35,400 bases of DNA from Candidatus Atelocyanobacterium thalassae (GTDB taxonomy: Bacteria > Cyanobacteriota > Cyanobacteriia > Cyanobacteriales > Microcystaceae), in NCBI GenBank assembly GCA_051971635.1, contig JBFPLN010000002.1, positions 1 to 35,400 on the forward strand. Direction: 5' to 3'. Below are positions 1-10,892 of this stretch, piece by piece; the first letter of the stretch is position 1; each line of letters opens with the position of its first letter. The position numbers and the translations under genes were made by a program. The notes beneath the pieces are model-generated. The model searched no databases. It was not told where the DNA came from and saw nothing but the letters and a program-made list of their open reading frames with translations.

Positions 1-242
1 ATAAATATAATCCTCGTAAATTATCTGTTAAATATTCCTTGTAACCCTTTCTCCGTAGTCTATCCAAGCGTTAAGCATCCTTAATGTTTTTAGTCTAATA
101 AAGTTGGATAAGTAGTATGCACTTATTTAAACAATGAAAATCTACGCATTAACTTAGTACCCTGTGGCAAAATAAATGATATTAACCACATAGTCGTTAA
201 TACTATTTATATTTTAATTACAATTACTATAATTAAATCTAG

Positions 243-1319
243 ATGACCTTACCTCTACCATCACCTTTAAAAAATCATCGTGCCGCCTTTCCCTTTACAG
301 CTATTATTGGGCAAGATGAAATGAAACTAGCCTTGATGCTTAATATTATTGATCCAAAGATTGGGGGTGTCATGATCATGGGTGATCGTGGTACTGGAAA
401 ATCTACTACTATCAGAGCCCTTGCTGATTTACTTCCTGAGATTGAAGTAGTAGAGAATGATCCATTTAACTCCCATCCCACTGATCCTGAGCTTATGAGT
501 GATCATGCTCGCCAAACTCTTCAACAGAATGGTTCATTAGTAACTACCTCTCAAAAAGTCAGTATGGTAGATTTACCACTTGGTGCTACAGAAGATCGTG
601 TATGTGGCACTATAGACATTGAAAAAGCTTTATCAGAGGGGGTAAAAGCTTTTGAGCCAGGACTACTAGCTAAAGCTAATCGCGGCATTCTTTATGTAGA
701 TGAAGTTAACTTACTTGATGATCATTTAGTTGACGTATTACTTGATTCTGCGGCTAGCGGATGGAATACAGTAGAAAGAGAAGGTATCTCTATTAGACAT
801 CCAGCTCGTTTTGTACTAGTAGGTTCAGGAAATCCAGAAGAAGGGGAATTAAGGCCTCAGTTACTCGATAGATTTGGGATGCATGCTGAGATTCGTACAG
901 TTAAGGACCCTTCTTTGCGAGTGGATATAGTAGAACAAAGAACTCAATTTGATAGTGAACCTCAAAAGTTCTGTGAAGCCCATCAGACTAAACAAAAAGA
1001 GCTACAAGAGACTCTGGTAGAAGCCCAAACTTTGTTACCACTTGTTCAAATTGACCGTGACTTACAAGTAAAAATTTCTCAGGTTTGTTCTGAATTGGAT
1101 GTTGATGGATTAAGAGGAGATATAGTCGTTAACCGTGCTTCAAAGGCCTTAGCAGCACTTGAGAAGCGAAAGGATGTCACAATAGAAGATATCGGCTCAA
1201 TAATAGTATTATGTCTTCGTCATAGACTTCGTAAAGATCCCCTAGAAACAATTGATTCAGGCTATAAAGTTAAGAAAACTTTTAATCAAACATTTGGTAT
1301 TGAATTAGAAGAAAGTTAA
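243..1319 (+). CDS. chlI: Magnesium chelatase ATPase subunit I
   Basis: [16 protein letters not shown], Walker [47 protein letters not shown] and [10 protein letters not shown] are ChlI motifs. Confidence 0.97.
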   Translation: MTLPLPSPLKNHRAAFPFTAIIGQDEMKLALMLNIIDPKIGGVMIMGDRGTGKSTTIRALADLLPEIEVVENDPFNSHPTDPELMSDHARQTLQQNGSLVTTSQKVSMVDLPLGATEDRVCGTIDIEKALSEGVKAFEPGLLAKANRGILYVDEVNLLDDHLVDVLLDSAASGWNTVEREGISIRHPARFVLVGSGNPEEGELRPQLLDRFGMHAEIRTVKDPSLRVDIVEQRTQFDSEPQKFCEAHQTKQKELQETLVEAQTLLPLVQIDRDLQVKISQVCSELDVDGLRGDIVVNRASKALAALEKRKDVTIEDIGSIIVLCLRHRLRKDPLETIDSGYKVKKTFNQTFGIELEES

Positions 1320-1325
1320 TTAAGT

Positions 1326-1365
1326 TTGTAGAGTCATCTTAAAATTTATAATATTGACTCTACAA
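1326..1365 (+). terminator. Hairpin after chlI (11-bp perfect stem, 18-nt loop)
   Basis: TTGTAGAGTCA (1326-1336) pairs with TGACTCTACAA (1355-1365), followed by a T-rich tract, just after the chlI stop. Confidence 0.55.
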
Positions 1366-2190
1366 TTCTATTTCTCAATCTTAGAAAAATATAATAGTTC
1401 TATTTTTTCTTAAACCTAAATTTTCTAACTAACTTAACTGTATAACCACTAGAATCTACAATTAACGCAGTGACTGTGTTTTCAAACTTCATTAGACTTA
1501 TTACTCTAACAACACTTCACTCTTTTGGCTTTATCACATTACGGATGGCATAGATACTGTTAATACTAATTGCAATATGTCCATTATATATTGTCTAGAC
1601 GATAGTTAATAAATCTCCAATTATCTGTGGATTTAATTACTGATCGTATACTACAAAAGAAAAAACGAATTTTCTTTCTAAATTTTTTTTTAATCAATCC
1701 TATTTTTAGAGTATCGTAATAAAGACTCAAAGTTTTCCTAAAAAATTAAACCATAACACTTTATTACAAAGAAAGTACATAATTATATTTTTTCCTAAAT
1801 AACTCTCTTAGAATAAAAATATTTTCGTTAAGTCAGGTACTACACCATATTATCCATATGGACGAAAAATATAATATAATAATTAGGTGAAATTTTTAAC
1901 AAAAGCAATATGTAAATAGGAACATATATATATTCTTATTTACATGTAATTCATAGTAACTTTATAGTTAACTTAAGTAAAAAGATTAGTTGATGTAAGC
2001 TTAAGATATATAGCTTCTCCAAAATTATGAAAATACTATATTTTTATGAGCACCAAAAAATTATCAAATCAAATGTCAATAACATAGTCAAATATGAATA
2101 TTTACCATATACAGAAAGTAACTTATAAGTATTTGAAAAGTAGTTAACTGTTTACGAGTTTTTGAGTTAATAATTTTAATTGATTAAACA

Positions 2191-2907
2191 ATGAATAACA
2201 TCTCATATTCTGCTATTGACGTTCAAAGCATCTTTAATAATATTGCTCCTGTTTACGATGAGCTTAATACTTTACTGAGTTTGGGTCAACACAAAATATG
2301 GAAACAGATGACAGTAAAATGGAGCGAACCAAGTTTAAATAATTTAGGCTTAGATGTTTGTTGTGGTAGTGGTGATTTAACCAAGTTACTAGCTCAAAAA
2401 GTTGGCAAAAGAGGAAAAGTAATAGGAATTGATTTTTCTAAAGAATTATTAACAATCGCTTCTCAGCGTCATAACAAATACTATCCATCTTTATCTCTAG
2501 AATGGATTCTAGGAGATGCCTTGAATCTGCCATTTGAAGATAATACTTTTGATTGTGTTACTATGGGATACGGTCTAAGAAATATTATCGATATTCCTCG
2601 TTGTTTACAGGAAATACACCGTGTTCTTAAGCCTTCTGCTAAAGTTGCTATTTTAGATTTTCAACGTCCATCTAATGCTTGGCAACAAATATTTCAAAAA
2701 TGGTATCTTGATAGTTTTGTTGTTCCTGTAGCAAAACATTTCAAACTAGAAAAAGAATATAGTTATATTATGCCTAGCTTAGAAAAATTTCCATCAGGAA
2801 AAAGGCAAGTTGAATTAGCTCTTAAAGCTGGATTTGACGCTTCAGCTTATTATTCTATTGCTGGAAATATGATGGGAGTCTTAGTAGGAACTAAAAAATA
2901 CTTATAA
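2191..2907 (+). CDS. menG: UbiE/MenG-family methyltransferase (2-phytyl-1,4-naphthoquinone methyltransferase, phylloquinone synthesis)
   Basis: IFNNIAPVYDELNTLLSLGQHKIWK, SAM motif LDVCCGSGD, GDALNLPFEDNTFD, GYGLRNI, EIHRVLKP. Confidence 0.9.
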   Translation: MNNISYSAIDVQSIFNNIAPVYDELNTLLSLGQHKIWKQMTVKWSEPSLNNLGLDVCCGSGDLTKLLAQKVGKRGKVIGIDFSKELLTIASQRHNKYYPSLSLEWILGDALNLPFEDNTFDCVTMGYGLRNIIDIPRCLQEIHRVLKPSAKVAILDFQRPSNAWQQIFQKWYLDSFVVPVAKHFKLEKEYSYIMPSLEKFPSGKRQVELALKAGFDASAYYSIAGNMMGVLVGTKKYL

Positions 2908-2972
2908 AAACTGTTTATATATCTTCTATCTTCCAAATTACAGAATGAAGATTAATATGTTGGATTTCTCTT

Positions 2973-4226
2973 ATGATTTTATTTGATACTTCTTCTCTTG
3001 ATCTATTTACTATTTCTAGTGTTATTATTCCACCATTAGCAGGGACGATTATTGGTTATTTCACTAATGATATTGCAATTAAGATGTTGTTTCGGCCCTA
3101 CAAAGCAATTTATATTGGTAAATTTCGTTTGCCTTTTACTCCGGGCTTAATCCCTCGCAATCAAAAGAGATTGGCTAAAAAAGTTTCAGATACCATAATG
3201 GGATCTCTATTAACTCCAGAAGAGTTGCAAAAACTAGTAGGACGTTTGTTGAAGGCTGAAAGGGCAAAAATAGCAATCTTATGGTTACTAAATCTTGCTA
3301 TTCAACAAATAAAAGAAGATAAACAACAGAAAACAGCCAAAATACTATCCGAAATTTTAAGAAATTTATTTAACGAATCATTACCTCGTTTGTTAGAACT
3401 TTTAGCACGACGTCAAGATCTTTTAGAAGATCAAATCAATCAAATTTTTGATAAGATTATACTAGATTTTCAGTTTTCTGATAATCAAGCGAAGCAGTTT
3501 GCTGATTGGTTATTGGAAAAAGTAGCTTCTCCTAACACTCTCCGAGAGACATTGATTGAATTTCTCTCTGAAAAAAATATTCAGACTATAGATGAAGGTA
3601 TCAAGGAAAAAACTAGTGGTTCTTATTGGTTTATAGCTAATTTTTTTGGGGTTAGTGATACCTTACTAAGGTTGAAAAACTTTTGTTTAGAAGAAAAGGA
3701 AGTAGCTAATGCACGTCTTGAAGAATTATTGCTTTCTTTAGAAATACGAAACCAATTAAGAGAATGGTTAAGAAATTTTTCTCTACGCAATCTTCCTATT
3801 TCGACTATTAAAGAGTTGCGAAGGACTAATCGTGAAACTATTCAAAAATATATCCAAAAAAGTGGTACCAGATTTATACAAGATTTTGGCACAACAGTTA
3901 ATTGGGAACAATTATCAATACTGATAATTAATCGTATCCAAAATTCGACTATGTTAAATACTTCTCTAGAGACTGTAAGTCAAGAACTAGCACTAGTCTT
4001 AGAGAAATATCTGGAGAAAAATTTAGAAACAATTGTTCTTCAGACTATTCCTATCATGTCTATTGATCAGATAATTATCGATAGAATTAAAGCTACCTCT
4101 TCCAAAAATTTAGAAATAGCAGTACAAGGAATTGTTCAAAATGAATTACAAGCAATAGTTAACTTAGGAGGTGTTTTAGGTTTTATTGTAGGAGTATTCC
4201 AAACCTTCATTATCTTATTAAGATAA
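2973..4226 (+). CDS. DUF445 family membrane protein
   Basis: N-terminal [17 protein letters not shown]...TPGLIP and C-terminal [17 protein letters not shown] hydrophobic ends typical of DUF445. Confidence 0.85.
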   Translation: MILFDTSSLDLFTISSVIIPPLAGTIIGYFTNDIAIKMLFRPYKAIYIGKFRLPFTPGLIPRNQKRLAKKVSDTIMGSLLTPEELQKLVGRLLKAERAKIAILWLLNLAIQQIKEDKQQKTAKILSEILRNLFNESLPRLLELLARRQDLLEDQINQIFDKIILDFQFSDNQAKQFADWLLEKVASPNTLRETLIEFLSEKNIQTIDEGIKEKTSGSYWFIANFFGVSDTLLRLKNFCLEEKEVANARLEELLLSLEIRNQLREWLRNFSLRNLPISTIKELRRTNRETIQKYIQKSGTRFIQDFGTTVNWEQLSILIINRIQNSTMLNTSLETVSQELALVLEKYLEKNLETIVLQTIPIMSIDQIIIDRIKATSSKNLEIAVQGIVQNELQAIVNLGGVLGFIVGVFQTFIILLR

Positions 4227-4280
4227 TTACCATTATGTTTAAAAATATTGGTTTACTTATTCCATTCTTGTGATACAAAT

Positions 4281-5042
4281 TTAAGATGATGTTTTATTTA
4301 ATTTTAAAGTAATAACACTTGTTCCAAGGCTTTCAAGATGTTTTGAAGATATTTTGTGAACTGCTTCTGAATTAAAACGATATCCTACATTGCGTACAGT
4401 TTGAATTAAACTAGTTTGACAAGAATCAATATCTATTTTTTTCCGTAGGGATAACACATGAGTATCAATAGTACGTGGATTATCTATGGCTTCTGGCCAC
4501 GCCTTTTGAAGTAACTCTGAACGACTAAGAGGATTTCCTTCAACCTGTGCTAAAACATAAAGTAAACTAAATTCTTGTGGACTGAGATCTATAAATTTTC
4601 CTCTTAGTTCGACACGTCTTTGTACAAGATCAATTTTTAAATCGCCATAATTTAGAGACAATGGTGCATTAAAAACACGTACACGTCTAGTCAATGCAGC
4701 CACTCTTGCCATAAATTCTTTTATACCAAAAGGTTTTACTAAATAATCATCAGCTCCTGCATTCAACCCTCTAACAACTTTTTTTTCCTCATGTTGATCA
4801 GATAACATAAGGATCATAGATTGTCTCTGCTGATAAAGCCACTGACACAATTCAATTGAATCTCCACTAGGAATGTCTGCATCTAAAATAACTAAAGCTG
4901 GTTGCTTACAATTAAATATACTACGGGCTTGTTGCAAATTTGAATATTGTTGTGTTGCATAACCAGATTTCTGTAAATGCCAACTTAATAAAGAACGTAG
5001 ATGAGGATTCCCTTCAACAATAGCAGTATGAACAAGGTTCAT
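4281..5042 (-). CDS. nrrA: OmpR-family response regulator, NrrA/Rre37 (All4312/Sll1330) type
   Basis: Receiver VEGNPHLRSLLSWHLQ...VILDAD...GADDYLVKPF plus winged-helix PQEFSLLYVLAQ...AWPEAIDNPRTIDTHVLSLRKK...QTVRNVGYRFN match my recollection of NrrA. An NtcA box lies upstream. Confidence 0.82.
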   Translation of the reverse strand: MNLVHTAIVEGNPHLRSLLSWHLQKSGYATQQYSNLQQARSIFNCKQPALVILDADIPSGDSIELCQWLYQQRQSMILMLSDQHEEKKVVRGLNAGADDYLVKPFGIKEFMARVAALTRRVRVFNAPLSLNYGDLKIDLVQRRVELRGKFIDLSPQEFSLLYVLAQVEGNPLSRSELLQKAWPEAIDNPRTIDTHVLSLRKKIDIDSCQTSLIQTVRNVGYRFNSEAVHKISSKHLESLGTSVITLKLNKTSS

Positions 5043-5078
5043 CTTGGTTCTGATCCTCTAAATCGATATTTTTATACT

Positions 5079-5121
5079 AGAATATCAAATCTTGCATCAA
5101 GAAATCTGTAATATTAACTAC
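5079..5121 (-). promoter_or_regulatory. Putative NtcA-activated (class II) promoter of nrrA
   Basis: GTA-N8-TAC at 5108-5121 (GTAATATTAACTAC). On the minus strand a 23-nt spacer leads to a TAN3T -10 box (TATTCT, 5084-5079), and a GAGG-type SD lies at ~5054-5059. Confidence 0.7.
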
Positions 5122-5238
5122 GACAATATGTAAAGAAAACTTTAAAGTATGTATTTTTTTATTCACAAACAATAATACTTTTGACGGACTTTTTCTTTAA
5201 ACATTTGTTATGAGCATAAAATTTCACATTCATGATGA

Positions 5239-5294
5239 ATAAACCTGTAATGAGAGATATGAAATAAATTTTATATCTCTTATTACAGGTTTAT
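5239..5294. terminator. Long inverted repeat downstream of grxD (27-bp arms, 2 mismatches)
   Basis: ATAAACCTGTAATGAGAGATATGAAAT / ATTTTATATCTCTTATTACAGGTTTAT, separated by 2 nt. Confidence 0.7.
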
Positions 5295-5317
5295 AGTGTA
5301 ATAAGAACATATCCTTT

Positions 5318-5641
5318 TTAGGAAGCAAGAGCAATTTCTACTTGTTGTTGTAACTCTCCATTTTGATACATCTCAATCATTAAATCAGAACCACCAGCAA
5401 ACTCGCCATTAATATAAACTTGAGGAATAGTAGGCCAGTCAGAGTATTCCTTAATACCTTCGCGAATTTCAGGATCACTTAAAACATCAAAAGTTTCAAA
5501 TGTTGCCCCTAATGTACTAAAAATTTGTACTACATTATTGGAAAATCCGCATTGAGGCATTAATTTACTTCCTTTAATGAATACAAATATTGTATTGCTA
5601 TTAACTAATTCTTCAATCCTATTTTTAATTTCTGGTGTCAT
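5318..5641 (-). CDS. grxD: Monothiol glutaredoxin (Grx4 family)
   Basis: KGSKLMPQCGFS active site, YSDWPTIPQVYINGEFAGGSD. Confidence 0.95.
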   Translation of the reverse strand: MTPEIKNRIEELVNSNTIFVFIKGSKLMPQCGFSNNVVQIFSTLGATFETFDVLSDPEIREGIKEYSDWPTIPQVYINGEFAGGSDLMIEMYQNGELQQQVEIALAS

Positions 5642-5692
5642 AATTACTCCTTAGTGTTTACATTATTAGTGTGGCTTTAAATTAAATCTACA

Positions 5693-5962
5693 TTACGTAG
5701 TTTCAACTTTTTGTTGAGCTATTTCCCATGTTTTAGGTGTATAAGTTTTTAATCCTAAGGCATGAATAGACTTGGAAGTCATAGCATCTTGAAGAGTACT
5801 ATAAACTAATTGATGTTGTTTAATCATTGTTTTTCCTTCAAATTTTGAGGAAATAACAATTATTTCAAAATGATCACCTCCTCCAGTAAGATCTTTTACG
5901 ATTATCTGGGCTTCAGGTAATTTAGTTTTAATCATCTCTTCAACTTGTACTAATGCAACCAT
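5693..5962 (-). CDS. bolA: BolA family protein
   Basis: GGGDHFEIIVISSKFEGKTMIKQHQLVY and IHALGLKTYTP; adjacent to grxD (known Fe-S partner pair). Confidence 0.92.
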   Translation of the reverse strand: MVALVQVEEMIKTKLPEAQIIVKDLTGGGDHFEIIVISSKFEGKTMIKQHQLVYSTLQDAMTSKSIHALGLKTYTPKTWEIAQQKVETT

Positions 5963-6123
5963 TTAAATTTATTCCAAGAAAATTGAGAATACTAAAATTA
6001 TTGTTATTTACTGTATCAAACTTCGCTAAATTCAAAAATAGGTATTAATACAGCATTTACATTTTTAAATTCTTATAAATAAAATCTTATTCACTGTTAT
6101 GGAATTTTATAGTATTGAAAGTA

Positions 6124-6810
6124 TTAATCGACATTGGTAGTGCCCTGTTCTTGACTATTAAAGGGAACATTGACAAAACCTAATTCGTATAACTGTTGAT
6201 AAGATTTTTTGCCTAAATCTGTAGTAGGATTTTGAGAACGAATTATCTGAATAAGTAAAGGGACAGCTAATTCAGGCTGATCTTGTGCCCTATGTACCAG
6301 AGCTAATTGATAAGTTGCAGAATCTCTTAATTGTCCTGTCTTTAATGCACTATTCCTCTGAGCATCGTATACTTGTGTGTCAATGCCAGAAAAGCTATTA
6401 GCTAACTGTAAATGAAAATTAGATAACTGATTAAAAACCTTACGAGCTTGACGTAATTTTGCTACTGCTAAGTCATAGTTCTCTTGATTAATAGCATTAC
6501 TTGCGTCGTTCATCAACTTTTCTCCTCCTTGTAAGCTAAGGAGACTATTATCTTGCGTTAAGGGACGAAAACTATTAGGGTCTAGTATATCATCTGCATT
6601 ATTCTCTTGTTTCTCTATGGCTTGTTGAGATAGGGTAGGTTGAGATAGCGTCTGACTAGGAAAAATTGTTGATGTCGCTATTTCCAAAATAAAAGAGATA
6701 AAAATAATACTAAGCAATTTACTGTTGAACACAGGAGACTTTAACATGATACGTTCGAATAAAGGGATTAAAGAATAATAGGAAGATAAATTACTGGGAC
6801 ATCTTAACAT
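6124..6810 (-). CDS. Conserved cyanobacterial hypothetical protein, probably exported, TPR-like helical (true start probably ATG at 6747)
   Basis: Hydrophobic N-terminal segment followed by helical repeats ARKVFNQLSNFH...RDSATYQLALVHRAQDQPELAVPLLIQIIRSQ...YQQLYELGF. Confidence 0.7.
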   Translation of the reverse strand: MLRCPSNLSSYYSLIPLFERIMLKSPVFNSKLLSIIFISFILEIATSTIFPSQTLSQPTLSQQAIEKQENNADDILDPNSFRPLTQDNSLLSLQGGEKLMNDASNAINQENYDLAVAKLRQARKVFNQLSNFHLQLANSFSGIDTQVYDAQRNSALKTGQLRDSATYQLALVHRAQDQPELAVPLLIQIIRSQNPTTDLGKKSYQQLYELGFVNVPFNSQEQGTTNVD

Positions 6811-7241
6811 TTATATAAAAAAACAAATCATAAAGTACTTACAAAAGAATAATCATCATAGTAGCTTTTAATATGGTGAGCTTAAAAACTTTCTCGGTAC
6901 TATTGAAAGTAATTCTTGGATGATAATATATCTTACTACACAGTACCAACATAATTAGATTAGTTTAACTTACAAAATATTTTTTGATCAATTGAGACAA
7001 ATATATTAAAGATCTATAGATTTTAATAATTCTGTTTTGTAGTTAGTAAGAGCTTTTTGAATATAATTAATATTAATAAATATATCTTATATTGTTATAT
7101 CTAAGACATAGTAAATCAAAGATTTCTAGTTAATTTATATTGTTTTGATTACTGTTTCAAATATAATACTTACTTTAAACAAAGTACTGTCCAAAAAATT
7201 AATAAATATTCCAATTATAGTTTTTACTTTAACAATAAAAT

Positions 7242-9116
7242 ATGACTCTTTCCTCAATTACTTACTGTGAACTTCAAAAATTTCTAGTAGAATCTTCAAT
7301 AATCGAAGAAAGAGAAGCTGTTTTAGGAATTACTATTGATGGAAAAACTTCCAAGGATCTTGATGATGCTATATGGATAGAGCCTTATCAATCAGGTGCT
7401 ATCGTTTTAATACATATTTCTGACGTAACAGCATTAATCCCAGAAAAATCACAGCTTGAACATAAAGCATTAAGACAAATTGAAACTTGCTATTTAGCTT
7501 CTTCCACAAATCCTTTATTCCCCAATGAATTATCTGAAAATAAACTATCTTTATTAGAAGGTCGTCCACGCTTAGCGATTACTATCAAAGTAACTTTAGA
7601 TGAAGTAGCTAATATTAAAAATACTGAGCTTTTGTCGACATCTTTAATAAATATGAAGAAGTTTTCTTATGCAGTAGCAGATAGAACTCTTGAAGATATT
7701 TCGCAACCTTTATATCAAATGTTACGTTACTGTGAGTCATGGGCACAAAAGCTAGCTCAAAAAAGACAAAATATTGGAGCATTCGGACAAAGTACCATTA
7801 AAGGTATTTCGTTGGATGAAGAAGGAAGACTAATAGGAAGTTCTATATATCGTTCACAAAGAATTGTTCAAGAATTTATGATTTTAGCTAACACAGCTGT
7901 TGCTAACTTAGCAGAACAATATAAAATACCTATTCTTTATCGTAACCATACTTGTTCTGAAATTGCTCCTGAAAACAAACTTTTAATTGAAACTTTAATT
8001 ACTTTAGGATTACCCACATTAGTTCACCAAAAACTTAAAAGTTGGTTAAATCCTGCAAATTATTCTCCTGTTGTTATTAGTCATTTTGCTTTATGTATTC
8101 CTGCATATACACATTTTACATCTCCTATTCGTCGTATTGCTGACTATCTCAATCATCAGATCCTAAAAACAATTTTTATTGAACAAAAAAAGAGCCCTCA
8201 TATATTAAAAGAATTAAAAAAAATTGCTCAATATATAAATAAGGAAAGCCTCAAAAATAAAGTAAGGCGTACTCAATATTTTCAAACAGGACATTTAGGA
8301 AAAATAACGAGTATCTTAAATGATCAAAATAAAATTTCTTTATTATCTAATAAAGAATTTTCTCAAATTCTTAAAGATAGTTTTAAAATTTCAAAATTAG
8401 ATAAAATTGTTATAGAAGCTAAACAAAGATTAAAGCAAAAGATATTAAAACCTTGTGATTTGTATTATTTAACATTCGGAAAATATCAAAGCCCAAAAAA
8501 CAAAAAGCTAATAAAAGGCGAGTTATTATATTACTTCAGAAAACAAGTTGTCTTAGCTACTCAAACTTTACAAATAGCTTCCACAATTCAACAAAAAGAT
8601 ATAAATTATATTGAAAAATTAACACCATCAGGACAATTTGTTTTTAGGACAATTTTTAAGAACAAAACAACAAAGGTAGCTTCTATAGCACCCAACAAGC
8701 AAGAGGCTAAACATAAATCTAATGTATTTTGGATAGAAGGACAAGTAGAAGAAACTTTATGCCCTTCTACTACAATTAACCTAAATACTATAAAGAAGAA
8801 TAATATATCAAAAGTAACGTTTATAGCTCAAAATAAAATTAATCTTGTAAAAATTAGTGTAGATGCAATTAATAATTCAATTACTTATATACATACAATC
8901 TTAAAATATATGAAAATTAATAAGCCCATATATGTGTACAACAAAATAGGTTTAAAATGGGAATGTTACTGTTGTTTTCGATGGATAAATGATATTAAAA
9001 TTGTGACAGCATCTATAGCAAAAACTAAAAAGGAAGGGAAGGCTAGTACATCATTAAAATTAATGATTCATTTAGAAAATTATTTTCTTTTCACTAAAAA
9101 AAAAAATTCTAAGTAG
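7242..9116 (+). CDS. RNB-domain (RNase II/R family) ribonuclease with two probable C-terminal dsRNA-binding domains
   Basis: TIDGKTSKDLDDA (catalytic Asp cluster), HISDVT, QEFMILAN, LYRNH, HFAL...YTHFTSPIRR. The C-terminus has dsRBD-like A-x-NKQEAKH and A-KTKKEGK motifs. Confidence 0.8.
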   Translation: MTLSSITYCELQKFLVESSIIEEREAVLGITIDGKTSKDLDDAIWIEPYQSGAIVLIHISDVTALIPEKSQLEHKALRQIETCYLASSTNPLFPNELSENKLSLLEGRPRLAITIKVTLDEVANIKNTELLSTSLINMKKFSYAVADRTLEDISQPLYQMLRYCESWAQKLAQKRQNIGAFGQSTIKGISLDEEGRLIGSSIYRSQRIVQEFMILANTAVANLAEQYKIPILYRNHTCSEIAPENKLLIETLITLGLPTLVHQKLKSWLNPANYSPVVISHFALCIPAYTHFTSPIRRIADYLNHQILKTIFIEQKKSPHILKELKKIAQYINKESLKNKVRRTQYFQTGHLGKITSILNDQNKISLLSNKEFSQILKDSFKISKLDKIVIEAKQRLKQKILKPCDLYYLTFGKYQSPKNKKLIKGELLYYFRKQVVLATQTLQIASTIQQKDINYIEKLTPSGQFVFRTIFKNKTTKVASIAPNKQEAKHKSNVFWIEGQVEETLCPSTTINLNTIKKNNISKVTFIAQNKINLVKISVDAINNSITYIHTILKYMKINKPIYVYNKIGLKWECYCCFRWINDIKIVTASIAKTKKEGKASTSLKLMIHLENYFLFTKKKNSK

Positions 9117-9219
9117 TTTGAATAGTTTTCAGCTTATATTTAAAATTTATAACTATCTATAATCAATAGTAATTAAAATTTAAGGATTGGTTATAGATAA
9201 ATAACTTTTATCACTTACT

Positions 9220-9257
9220 ATTAATTTTGCTGCAGTACATACTGCAACAAAATTAAT
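9220..9257. terminator. Inverted repeat downstream of the RNB gene (18-bp arms, 1 mismatch)
   Basis: ATTAATTTTGCTGCAGTA / TACTGCAACAAAATTAAT, followed by a T-run. Confidence 0.6.
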
Positions 9258-9425
9258 TTTTATTTTAAAAACTTTCTCAATCAATAGCTATAGTAAAAGA
9301 ATTTTTTGTACAAAATTTTTAATAGAATTATAAACGAGTATCACAAATATAAAAAAACATAAAACTTTGCATATCCTACCATTAACTTTATAGTAATATT
9401 AACTTTTAATATAATAAACAGCGTT

Positions 9426-10598
9426 GTGAAAAAAATTTCAATTCTTGGCTCTACTGGTTCTATAGGTACGCAAACACTTGATATTGTTAATCAGTATCCA
9501 GAACAGTTTAAAGTAATAGGATTAACTACTCACTCTAATATAGGATTACTATTTACTCAAATTAAGCAATTCCGCCCTGAAATTGTTTCAGTGGTTAATG
9601 AAGAAAAAGTGGAAGATCTGAAAGATATGATTTCTACATTAAACTATTCTCCTATTATAGTAGTCGGAGATGAAGGTGTTATAGAGGTAGCATGTTATGG
9701 AGATTCAGAAACTATTGTTACAGGTATAGTAGGATGTGCAGGATTACTGCCAACAATTAAGGCAATAAAAGCGGGGAAAGACATCGCTTTAGCAAATAAA
9801 GAAACACTTATTGCTGGAGGTCCTGTTGTATTACCTTTAATAGAAGAATATGGAGTTAAATTGTTGCCTGCAGATTCAGAGCATTCAGCAATTTTTCAAT
9901 GTTTACAAGGGATAGGCCATAAAGATCTCAAGCGTATTATTTTGACTGCTTCTGGAGGATCTTTTAGGGATTTACCACCTGAAAAACTTAAATTTGTCAC
10001 AGTCGAAGATGCTTTAAAGCATCCCAATTGGTCAATGGGTAAGAAAATTACTATAGATTCAGCTACCTTGATGAATAAAGGACTAGAAGTTATTGAAGCA
10101 CACTTTTTATTTAACGTGGATTATAGTAATATAGATATTGTTATTCATCCACAAAGTATTGTCCATTCTTTAATTGAATTACAAGACACTTCAGTTTTAG
10201 CTCAACTTGGATGGCCAGACATGCGTCTACCCTTGCTGTACGCTTTATCTTGGCCTGAAAGAATTTATACAGATTGGAAACAATTAGATTTAGCAAAGAT
10301 AAGTAATTTGACTTTTCAAAAACCAGATTATGACAAATATCTCTGTATTAAGTTAGCTTATGCTGCAGGAAATGCTGGAGGTGCCATGCCAGCTGTTTTA
10401 AATGCAGCCAATGAACAAGCTGTTGAATCATTCTTAAATAAGGAAATTACTTTTCTATCAATTCCACATATTATCGAAAAGACCTGTGAACTTTTTATAT
10501 CTAATAATTCTTCTCAGCCAACATTGGATGACATATTGAATGCTGATAAATGGGCAAGGAAAATAGCCTTAATGTTAATAAAAAATAAATATCAATAA
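9426..10598 (+). CDS. dxr: 1-deoxy-D-xylulose-5-phosphate reductoisomerase (GTG start)
   Basis: [70 protein letters not shown]. Confidence 0.97.
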   Translation: MKKISILGSTGSIGTQTLDIVNQYPEQFKVIGLTTHSNIGLLFTQIKQFRPEIVSVVNEEKVEDLKDMISTLNYSPIIVVGDEGVIEVACYGDSETIVTGIVGCAGLLPTIKAIKAGKDIALANKETLIAGGPVVLPLIEEYGVKLLPADSEHSAIFQCLQGIGHKDLKRIILTASGGSFRDLPPEKLKFVTVEDALKHPNWSMGKKITIDSATLMNKGLEVIEAHFLFNVDYSNIDIVIHPQSIVHSLIELQDTSVLAQLGWPDMRLPLLYALSWPERIYTDWKQLDLAKISNLTFQKPDYDKYLCIKLAYAAGNAGGAMPAVLNAANEQAVESFLNKEITFLSIPHIIEKTCELFISNNSSQPTLDDILNADKWARKIALMLIKNKYQ

Positions 10599-10662
10599 AC
10601 TATACTAAAAAAATTAACTAAGATATCATGTATACTTTTTTATACTAAGCAAAATAACTAAT

Positions 10663-10884
10663 ATGTTGCTTAATTTAATTATATTTATTACTTCGATCAC
10701 AATAGTATCAATAATAGCTCGTTGGATTTTTACTATTATTAAATCTACATTTCTTACTCTGATAAGTATAATAATATTTTTAGCAGTGCTAAAACTTATC
10801 CTCGGGATCAATAGCCAAGAACTATGGATAGAAATCCAAAACATTTTCAAAATATTACATGATTTTATAAATGATAAATATTAA
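10663..10884 (+). CDS. Small membrane protein (two TM helices), hypothetical
   Basis: Two hydrophobic segments followed by GINSQELWIEIQ, resembling small cyanobacterial membrane proteins. Co-oriented with dxr and followed by a long hairpin. Confidence 0.6.
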   Translation: MLLNLIIFITSITIVSIIARWIFTIIKSTFLTLISIIIFLAVLKLILGINSQELWIEIQNIFKILHDFINDKY

Positions 10885-10892
10885 TCTTAAAT

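Noticed and set aside
1500..1600. Faint resemblance of the decayed frame (NGHIAISINSIYAIR) to a P-II C-terminus
   Set aside because: Too few identities to support any assignment by eye.
10626..10850. 74-aa minus-strand ORF
   Set aside because: It is antisense to the more plausible + strand membrane protein (10663-10884), which follows dxr and ends at a hairpin.
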